This document shows positions 1-7,015 of a DNA stretch of 32,000 nt, piece by piece. The stretch is from Bellilinea caldifistulae (lineage in GTDB: Bacteria > Chloroflexota > Anaerolineae > Anaerolineales > Anaerolineaceae). Where the stretch lies: positions 1-32,000 of the forward strand of contig NZ_LGHJ01000007.1 of the NCBI RefSeq assembly GCF_001306055.1, in the 5' to 3' direction. Under the pieces are notes generated by a model that was not told the DNA's origin, made no database searches, and saw only the letters and a list, made by a program, of their open reading frames with translations. Position numbers and translations under genes: made by a program. Numbering within the stretch: the stretch's first letter is position 1; each line of letters starts with the position of its first letter.

Positions 1-1
1 A

Positions 2-1822
2 GTTGTCAAAACGGAAGTGGTTGAAAAGGTTGTTGAAGTTGAAAAACAGCCTACAGAAGAACAGTCCTTTTCCACTCCGCATCCAATTCTATCTGATGTG
101 CGAGTGCGGCAAGCCATGGCTTACTGCACCAATAAGGACGAAATCATCCAGGCGGTGTATCCTTTCCTCTCACCGGAAGAGCGGAGCGAGTTGGTCATGG
201 ATACATTTATCCCCAAAAATCACTGGGCTTATGCCGGAGATGAAAATGTGACCATTTATCCATTTGATCCAGAAAAAGGGAAAGCCTTACTGGATGAGGC
301 TGGCTGGACGGATGAGGATGGTGACAACGTCCGCTTGAATGCGGAAGGCGAGCCGTTGATGTTAGAACTGTTGTTGACCGAAGCTCCCCACCGTAAAATC
401 CTCGCACCAGTCTGGCAGCAGCAAATGAAAGCATGCGGTATTCGTATCACCGTCAATCATGTACCGTCTACCTGGTTATATGGTGATACCACAGGTCTGG
501 CTCGCCGTGAATTTGAGCTGACCGACTATGCCTGGGTAGGTCAATCCGATCCGAGCGGTAGAACATTGTACGCTTGTGATCAGATTCCCACCGCCGAAAA
601 TAACTGGGAAGGCCAAAATGTTATGGGCTGGTGTAATCCAGTCGCTTCTCAGGCCATTGTGAAAGCCACCAACACTCTGAATCAAGAAGATCGAAAAGAG
701 CCGTACAAAATCGTCCAGCAAGAGTTCACCAAAGATATGGTGTCTCTGCCCATCTACAATCACCTGGAAATTTTTGCCTCAAATCCGAATTTGAAGGGTT
801 TCAATCCTCAACCGGGAGAGGAATACTACACCTACAATGTTGCAGAATGGGAAATTCCGGGTAAAGATACGATTGTAATTGGTTTTACGCAGGAACCTGC
901 CTCGATGTTTGCACTGGTGGAACAGGGTGTATCTGCCATAATTGCCAATTCCCTTATCCATGGGCTGGCGTTCTCGACGGTCAATTACGACTTCCAGGGA
1001 ATTGCTCAGAAGGTGCCATCCACCTTGGAGAGTGGTTTGGCTCAAAATCTGGATGTTGAAGTCAAGGAAGGTGACCTGGTTTATGATGTAGATGGCAATC
1101 CTACCGAACTAAAACCGGGTGTTGAAGTTTATAACGCAGCCGGTGAGGTGGTGAACTTCGATGGTACGCCCCTCATGATGAAGCAGTTGACCGTAAATTA
1201 TCAGTTCCGCGATGATATGGTCTGGTCTGATGGTACGCCGGTCAGTGCAGCCGATTTTGATCTGCGCTTCAAGATTGATTGCGACGAGAACTCAGGGGCA
1301 ACTTCGTTCAACACTTGTCGTTCTATTCAATCCTATGAAGTCAATGATGCCGGTTACACCGTAACCTATCTGCCAGGAGTTCAGGACCCGCTTTACTTCC
1401 GAGCGCTGATGGATCCACGTCTCTCGAATGTGTATCCTGCTCATCGAGTTCTTTCGGATGGACGTAAACTGGCCGATGTGCCGGCTGAAGAATGGGCCAC
1501 CTTGCCAGAAATTGCCGAATTTCCAATTGGTGTGGGGCCGTATGTTTTGAAGGAATGGGTCAAGGGAGAAAAAATGGTATTTGAGGCCAACCCTTACTAC
1601 TACGGAGGATCTCCCAAGACAAAGACTATCGTTATCTCGATCATCACTCCAGATAATGCCGAGGCTCAGTTGCTGGGTGGACAGGTGGATGTGCTTGACA
1701 GCACGACCCTCAATACCATCTCGGACACAATGAGGAAGGCGGCTGACGAAGGCAAAATCAACCTTTACACATTGCCCGGCGGTACCTGGGAACACATTGA
1801 TATGAACCTATATTTGCCGTAA
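2..1822 (+). CDS. ABC transporter substrate-binding protein, family 5 (peptide/nickel, OppA/DppA-like); 5' end runs off the window; the two lobes appear in permuted order
   Basis: The frame is open to the window edge (VVKTEVVEKVVEVEKQPTEEQ... precedes the track's GTG at 17). Family-5 SBP motifs present: DVRVRQAMAY, FDPEKGKALLDEAGW, VWSDGTPVSAADFDLRF, FPIGVGPYVLKEWVKGEKMVFEANPYYYGG, AQLLGGQVDV. It sits immediately upstream of cognate permease and ATPase genes. Confidence 0.85.
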   Translation, partial: VVKTEVVEKVVEVEKQPTEEQSFSTPHPILSDVRVRQAMAYCTNKDEIIQAVYPFLSPEERSELVMDTFIPKNHWAYAGDENVTIYPFDPEKGKALLDEAGWTDEDGDNVRLNAEGEPLMLELLLTEAPHRKILAPVWQQQMKACGIRITVNHVPSTWLYGDTTGLARREFELTDYAWVGQSDPSGRTLYACDQIPTAENNWEGQNVMGWCNPVASQAIVKATNTLNQEDRKEPYKIVQQEFTKDMVSLPIYNHLEIFASNPNLKGFNPQPGEEYYTYNVAEWEIPGKDTIVIGFTQEPASMFALVEQGVSAIIANSLIHGLAFSTVNYDFQGIAQKVPSTLESGLAQNLDVEVKEGDLVYDVDGNPTELKPGVEVYNAAGEVVNFDGTPLMMKQLTVNYQFRDDMVWSDGTPVSAADFDLRFKIDCDENSGATSFNTCRSIQSYEVNDAGYTVTYLPGVQDPLYFRALMDPRLSNVYPAHRVLSDGRKLADVPAEEWATLPEIAEFPIGVGPYVLKEWVKGEKMVFEANPYYYGGSPKTKTIVISIITPDNAEAQLLGGQVDVLDSTTLNTISDTMRKAADEGKINLYTLPGGTWEHIDMNLYLP

Positions 1823-1852
1823 CCCCTTTTTATAAGAAGGGATTCGGACAAT

Positions 1853-1880
1853 CGGTGTGGCGCTGCAGGGCGCCACACCG
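1853..1880 (+). promoter_or_regulatory. GC-rich intercistronic stem-loop (perfect 11-bp stem cggtgtggcgc/gcgccacaccg, 6-nt loop tgcagg) between the SBP and permease genes; no U-tract follows
   Basis: Read directly: 1853-1863 is the reverse complement of 1870-1880. This is the typical position for an mRNA-stabilising or attenuating hairpin that uncouples SBP and permease expression levels. Confidence 0.6.
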
Positions 1881-1966
1881 ACCCTGTAATCGAGTTCTGG
1901 GGGGGTGACCCTGCACGCCCTTCAAGAAGTCCATTACAGGAACCCCGAAAGTAAAGGAGAACCTCT

Positions 1967-3163
1967 ATGCTTGGGTATATTGCTCGCCGTTTGGTGCAGA
2001 TGGTGGGTGTGGTGTTGATTTCAGCAGTTGCGACCTATGCACTCCTGAATCTTGCGCCGGGTGGACCAATGACCGGTTTACGTCAACAGCAACAAGGCCG
2101 CAATCGCATCACCGCAGCGGATATTGCCCGAATCCGGGCTTATTATGAGCTGGATCTTTATTTACCGGTGCGCTTCAGCCGCTGGTTGATCGGCCATCCT
2201 CGCGGACCGATTACAGTGGGAGGAACAGAGTGGTTTGCGAATACACCTATTGGCTGCCGGCAACCCATCGAGAAAAATGTCCGTAACGAGAAAGGCAAAA
2301 TCGAAACAAAAGTTGTCGGATGTAATGAAAATGTATATTTACGAGATTTAGAGGGTAGAAAAGTCAGCCGCGGGATTTTGCTGGGCGATTTTGGGGCATC
2401 GTGGAAACTTTTGCGAGACCGCCCGGTAAGCGATTTGATTATGAGCCGTCTCCCGAAAACGATCGAATTAATTGGTCTCTCCACTTTACTTTCTTTGCTC
2501 CTGGGAATTCCTCTGGGAATTTATTCAGCTGTTAAACAGTACTCTCGTTTTGATTATATTTTCACATCGCTGGCATTCCTCGGATCTGCTATGCCGACCT
2601 TTTTCTTCGGTATTTTGATGATCCTGGTTTTCTCCATTTTGCCAAAATCGGCGGGTTTACCTTATCTCCCGCCGGGTAGTGCATCTGCGGTAAGGGAATA
2701 TGTGGTTCCCCTTATTGGAACTATTCAACCTGATACCATTGCCGACCGACTGATGCATCTGGTTTTACCAGTAATTACCTTAACGATTGTCAGTGTGGCT
2801 TCGTGGAGCCGATTTATAAGGGCAAGTATGCTGGAGGTATTACGGCAGGATTATGTTAGAACTGCCAGAGCCAAAGGGCTCAAGGAAAAACTGGTTATTT
2901 TGAAACACGCCTTGAGAAATGCCTTAATTCCCTTTGTAACCATTGTGGTTTTTTCTATCCCGTCTTTGTTCGGGGGTGCCATTATCACTGAAACGATATT
3001 TTCGTGGCCCGGGATGGGACGATTGTACTTTTTGGCGCTGGGTGATTCAGATTTCCCGGTAGCGATGGCAATTTTGTTTATTACTGCTGTTTTAACCGTG
3101 ATTGCCACCTTGATTCGAGATCTGGTTTATACCCTTATTGATCCGCGCATTCGGTACAGTTAG
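1967..3163 (+). CDS. ABC transporter permease (OppB/DppB-like, BPD_transp_1) with an enlarged first extracytoplasmic loop
   Basis: AAGGAGA Shine-Dalgarno at 1953-1959, 7 nt before the ATG. Opens MLGYIARRL, typical of DppB/OppB. Conserved cytoplasmic loop QDYVRTARAKGLKEKLVILKHALRNALIP. C-terminal DLVYTLIDPRIRY. Multiple hydrophobic spans. Confidence 0.92.
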   Translation: MLGYIARRLVQMVGVVLISAVATYALLNLAPGGPMTGLRQQQQGRNRITAADIARIRAYYELDLYLPVRFSRWLIGHPRGPITVGGTEWFANTPIGCRQPIEKNVRNEKGKIETKVVGCNENVYLRDLEGRKVSRGILLGDFGASWKLLRDRPVSDLIMSRLPKTIELIGLSTLLSLLLGIPLGIYSAVKQYSRFDYIFTSLAFLGSAMPTFFFGILMILVFSILPKSAGLPYLPPGSASAVREYVVPLIGTIQPDTIADRLMHLVLPVITLTIVSVASWSRFIRASMLEVLRQDYVRTARAKGLKEKLVILKHALRNALIPFVTIVVFSIPSLFGGAIITETIFSWPGMGRLYFLALGDSDFPVAMAILFITAVLTVIATLIRDLVYTLIDPRIRYS

Positions 3164-3172
3164 GAGACCAGC

Positions 3173-4165
3173 ATGGCTGCTCAAGTTGACTCGATTTCGC
3201 TTTTGAATGATTACCCCAAAGAAGAAAGTCCGTGGAGGTTGGTTTTTCGCCGCTTTCGGAAACACAAATTGGCGATGATTTCGCTTGGGGTAATGTTAGT
3301 TTTATTCTTGATTACATTATTTGCCCGTCAAATTGCGCCTTTCGAGGTGGATGAAATTACGGTTGGTAATTATTTCCTAAAACCGGGATCAGTCCAGGAA
3401 GCCACTGGCAGAGTTCATCTGCTTGGAACGGACAATCTGGGGCGTGACTTGTTCTCGCGTTTGATTTACGCTGGAAGGATCTCCTTAACGGTTGCTTTGC
3501 TGTCTGTGGTGATCTCCAGCATTATTGGAGTAACAATTGGAGCAATATCGGGATACTATGGCGGTTGGGTAGATAATCTTTTAATGAGAATCGTTGAGTT
3601 TTTTCTCACAATTCCTTCGCTTCCCATTCTGTTGATAATATCGGCAATGCTCTTGAAGAATCAGGATGCGATTCCGATTCCCCAGTTTTTGTTGGAGTTA
3701 GCCGGTAAACTCATGTTGTTGGAGGTTAGAGAAGCACGACAAGCCGTTTTGATCATCCTCGTTCTTGCTGGTTTAGGCTGGCTGACTTCTGCTCAATTGA
3801 TGCGGGGAATGGTGCTCTCGCTTCGTAATCAGACCTTTGTGGAGGCGGCGAAAGCCATGGGAGCAGGCGGCGCCTGGATCATCCTAAGACACATGATTCC
3901 CAATGCCATGGCGCCTATTATTGTTGATGCTTCATTAAACATGGCGAATTATGTTGTGGCTGAGGCTGCACTCTCTTTTCTCGGTTTCGGAATTCAAGAA
4001 CCTATTCCGACATGGGGGAATATGCTTTCGGCAACCCAGGCCTACATGCTGGATATGCCCTGGCTGCCGTTGATTCCCGGTTTGCCAATATTTTTATGCT
4101 CGCTGGCTTTTAATTACATTGGGGATGGTCTTCGAGATGCCCTGGATCCGAGGTTAAAACTATGA
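3173..4165 (+). CDS. ABC transporter permease (OppC/DppC-like)
   Basis: AGGAGA SD upstream. OppC_N-like segment LAMISLGVMLVLFLITLFARQIAPF, then HLLGTDNLGRDLFSRLIYAGRISL. Conserved loop QTFVEAAKAMGAGGAWIILRHMIPNAMAPIIV. C-terminal GDGLRDALDPRL. Confidence 0.92.
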   Translation: MAAQVDSISLLNDYPKEESPWRLVFRRFRKHKLAMISLGVMLVLFLITLFARQIAPFEVDEITVGNYFLKPGSVQEATGRVHLLGTDNLGRDLFSRLIYAGRISLTVALLSVVISSIIGVTIGAISGYYGGWVDNLLMRIVEFFLTIPSLPILLIISAMLLKNQDAIPIPQFLLELAGKLMLLEVREARQAVLIILVLAGLGWLTSAQLMRGMVLSLRNQTFVEAAKAMGAGGAWIILRHMIPNAMAPIIVDASLNMANYVVAEAALSFLGFGIQEPIPTWGNMLSATQAYMLDMPWLPLIPGLPIFLCSLAFNYIGDGLRDALDPRLKL

Positions 4166-5196
4166 AAATTCAGAACGAACAACCCGTACTGACTGTGCGG
4201 AATTTAAAAACCCATTTTTTCACCGAAGATGGTGTGGTAAAAGCGGTAGATGGGGTTGATTTCGATCTTTACCCCGGAGAGATTTTGGGGTTGGTTGGAG
4301 AATCGGGCTGTGGAAAGAGTGTAACTTCTCTGTCTATCCTGAGGTTGGTCGGCGTTCCCGGGAAAATTGTAGATGGGGAAATCTGGTTTGAGGGAAAAAA
4401 TTTGCTTTCGCTGACGGAAAATGAGATGGTTGCGATGCGTGGAAATCGCATGTCAATGATCTTTCAACAACCACAAACCAGTTTAAACCCAGTGTATAAA
4501 ATTGGCGATCAGGTAGCTGAGGTTTTTACCATTCATAAAAATCTGCCCAAAAAGGAAGCGTGGGATAAAGCGGTTGAATTATTACATCTGGTAGGTATCC
4601 CCGATGCCGAGAAGAAGGCGCATGCCTTTCCTCACGAAATGTCGGGCGGGCAGGCTCAACGGGTGATGATCGCTATGGCGCTTGCGCTCAACCCGACCCT
4701 GTTAATCGCCGACGAACCCACTACTGCATTGGATGTGACCATCCAGGCGCAGATAATGGACTTAATCCTTGAATTACGCGAAAAAATGGGGACGTCGGTT
4801 ATTTTAATCACCCACGATCTTGGAGTAATTGCAGAGATGGCCGATCGTGTTGCAGTGATGTATGCAGGTCAAATTGTGGAGCAGGCAACTGTTCAAGAAT
4901 TGTTTGCCAGGCCGCACCATCCTTACACGAAGGGATTGATGGGATCAATTCCGGTGCTTGGAAAAGTGACCCGACGGTTGGAGGTTATACCGGGTTCTGT
5001 TCCTAACCTGATTAATTTGCCGCAAGGATGCCGGTTCTCACCACGCTGCAAGGCTAGAATTGAACAGAGTCTGGAAATTTGTTTACACGAGAATCCCATG
5101 CTGGTAGAAACGGGTTCCAATCATTTGTGCCGTTGCTGGTTATATGACGGGCAGATGAAAAGCGCGGGTGATTTAATGGAGGCAAACCATGAATGA
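4162..5196 (+). CDS. ABC transporter ATP-binding protein (OppD/DppD-like) with a C-terminal oligopeptide-type Cys-rich extension
   Basis: 4-nt overlap with the preceding gene. Walker A GESGCGKS, signature MSGGQAQR, Walker B LLIADEPTTALD, H-loop ITHDL, HPYTKGL, GCRFSPRC...C...CRC. Confidence 0.95.
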   Translation: MKIQNEQPVLTVRNLKTHFFTEDGVVKAVDGVDFDLYPGEILGLVGESGCGKSVTSLSILRLVGVPGKIVDGEIWFEGKNLLSLTENEMVAMRGNRMSMIFQQPQTSLNPVYKIGDQVAEVFTIHKNLPKKEAWDKAVELLHLVGIPDAEKKAHAFPHEMSGGQAQRVMIAMALALNPTLLIADEPTTALDVTIQAQIMDLILELREKMGTSVILITHDLGVIAEMADRVAVMYAGQIVEQATVQELFARPHHPYTKGLMGSIPVLGKVTRRLEVIPGSVPNLINLPQGCRFSPRCKARIEQSLEICLHENPMLVETGSNHLCRCWLYDGQMKSAGDLMEANHE

Positions 5197-6184
5197 GCCT
5201 TTAAAGACGCATACTGCACGTATGGAATTAATTCAGGTGCGCAATTTGAAGAAATATTACACGATTCGAGGTGGTTTCTTTCAGCGGATTAAATCCTGTG
5301 GCAAAGCGGTTGATAATGTATCTTTTGACATTTTTGACGGTGAAACTCTTGGACTGGTTGGGGAATCGGGTTGTGGTAAAACAACAATCGGTCGAACCAT
5401 GTTGCGATTGATCGAGCCGACTGGTGGTGAAGTCTACTATGAGGGGAATAACATATTCAATCTTTCGGGTGGAGCATTACAGGCGATTCGTCGGAACATG
5501 CAGATCATTTTTCAGGATCCCTTTTCATCGCTTGACCCGCGAATGCCAGTAGGTGAGTCGATTATGGAAGGGATGCGAATCAATCGGATCGGTACGCGAA
5601 AAGAGCAATTTGATATGATGATTGATGTGCTGCGGAAGGTGGGGCTGGAAGATTATCATGCACGGCGGTATCCTCACGAGTTTTCTGGTGGACAACGCCA
5701 ACGAATTGGAATTGCCCGGGCGCTGGCGTTACGTCCACGTTTCATTATTTGTGATGAACCCGTCTCCGCTCTGGATGTTTCCATTCAGTCTCAGGTGTTG
5801 AACATTCTCAAGGATCTTCAGGAAGAATATGGCTTGACTTATTTATTCATCGCTCATAATCTCAGTGTTGTGGAGCATATTTCAGATCGGGTGGCGGTAA
5901 TGTATCTTGGGAAAATTGTTGAACTGGCTCATCGAGCTGAACTCTTTTACAACCCCTTACACCCCTACACTCAGGCGTTGCTCTCTGCTATTCCAATTCC
6001 TGATCCTGCAGTCAAAAGAAAGCGAATCACCTTGAAAGGTGATGTACCCAGTTTATTTAACCCGCCAAAAGGTTGTCGTTTCCACCCCCGTTGTCCTTTT
6101 GCTAAAGATCAATGCTTAGTAGAAGCCCCGCCTTATCGAGAGGTGCAGAAAGGACATTTCGCAGCCTGCTGGTTGAATGAATAA
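5189..6184 (+). CDS. ABC transporter ATP-binding protein (OppF/DppF-like)
   Basis: GGAGG SD; 8-nt overlap with the preceding gene. Walker [10 protein letters not shown], signature FSGGQRQR, Walker [14 protein letters not shown]-loop [27 protein letters not shown]. Confidence 0.95.
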   Translation: MNEPLKTHTARMELIQVRNLKKYYTIRGGFFQRIKSCGKAVDNVSFDIFDGETLGLVGESGCGKTTIGRTMLRLIEPTGGEVYYEGNNIFNLSGGALQAIRRNMQIIFQDPFSSLDPRMPVGESIMEGMRINRIGTRKEQFDMMIDVLRKVGLEDYHARRYPHEFSGGQRQRIGIARALALRPRFIICDEPVSALDVSIQSQVLNILKDLQEEYGLTYLFIAHNLSVVEHISDRVAVMYLGKIVELAHRAELFYNPLHPYTQALLSAIPIPDPAVKRKRITLKGDVPSLFNPPKGCRFHPRCPFAKDQCLVEAPPYREVQKGHFAACWLNE

Positions 6185-6863
6185 TGGGCGTATAATTTTC
6201 ACTGTGGAATCAGAGATTGTCATTCGTCCATACCATCGGGGTGACCGCGAGATGGTGTTGAATATTGCAGCAGACACGGCTTTTTTTGGTGAGCCGGTTG
6301 AAAAATTTATGGAAGACCGTCGGATATTTTTGGATGCTTTTTATGTGTACTATACCGACAAAGAATCGGAACATTGCTGGGTTGCAACGCATGATGAAAA
6401 TGTGATTGGTTTCTTAACGGGTTGCTTTGATACACGTATTCAGCGTGAATATACCGCAAAAGTTTTGGAACCCCAAACTTTTATAAGGCTTCTCGGTGGA
6501 AAGTACCGGATTGGCAAAAAATTTATCCGCTACCTGCTTCGCTACTTCTCAACCAAACTAAGATCGCCAAAAGATGATCTGGATTTATCTCAATATCCGG
6601 CCCATTTCCATATCAACATAGTAAAAGAGTGGCGGGGTTACGGAATTGGGAGAAAACTGATCGAAAGTTATCTGGAACAATTGAGGTCAGCGAAAATCGG
6701 CGGAGTTCACTTGCAAACAACGAGCTACAACAAAGTGGCTTTGATTCTTTATAAAAATATGGGGTTTGAACTTCTTCAGTCAACTCGTTCCCATTTATGG
6801 GAAGGTCATGTAAATGAGCCAATATATGAACTAACCTACGGATTGAAACTTTATACAGGATGA
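6177..6863 (+). CDS. GNAT-family N-acetyltransferase, translationally coupled to the ABC ATPase gene
   Basis: 8-nt overlap with the upstream stop. N-terminal beta-strand IVIRPYHRGDREMVLNI. Acetyl-CoA motif A in HINIVKEWRGYGIGRKLIESYL. C-terminal NKVALILYKNMGFEL. Confidence 0.8.
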   Translation: MNNGRIIFTVESEIVIRPYHRGDREMVLNIAADTAFFGEPVEKFMEDRRIFLDAFYVYYTDKESEHCWVATHDENVIGFLTGCFDTRIQREYTAKVLEPQTFIRLLGGKYRIGKKFIRYLLRYFSTKLRSPKDDLDLSQYPAHFHINIVKEWRGYGIGRKLIESYLEQLRSAKIGGVHLQTTSYNKVALILYKNMGFELLQSTRSHLWEGHVNEPIYELTYGLKLYTG

Positions 6864-7015
6864 GAATTTACAACTTTATGCAAAAATTAATTTGCATATC
6901 CTTTACAATTTTGATAGGATGATGTATAGGCAATTGCACGAAAGAATGATAAATAGAATTAAAGGGATTGGTGGAAAAAATCAATTGCCTGTAGAGATAA
7001 GTTGAAAATGGACTT

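Noticed and set aside
1292-1795. 167-aa antisense ORF inside the SBP gene, plus neighbouring minus-strand ORFs at 207-1045
   Set aside because: These lie entirely within a strongly supported plus-strand gene. They have no motifs, no SD and a low-complexity, Arg/Ser-rich translation typical of antisense frames.
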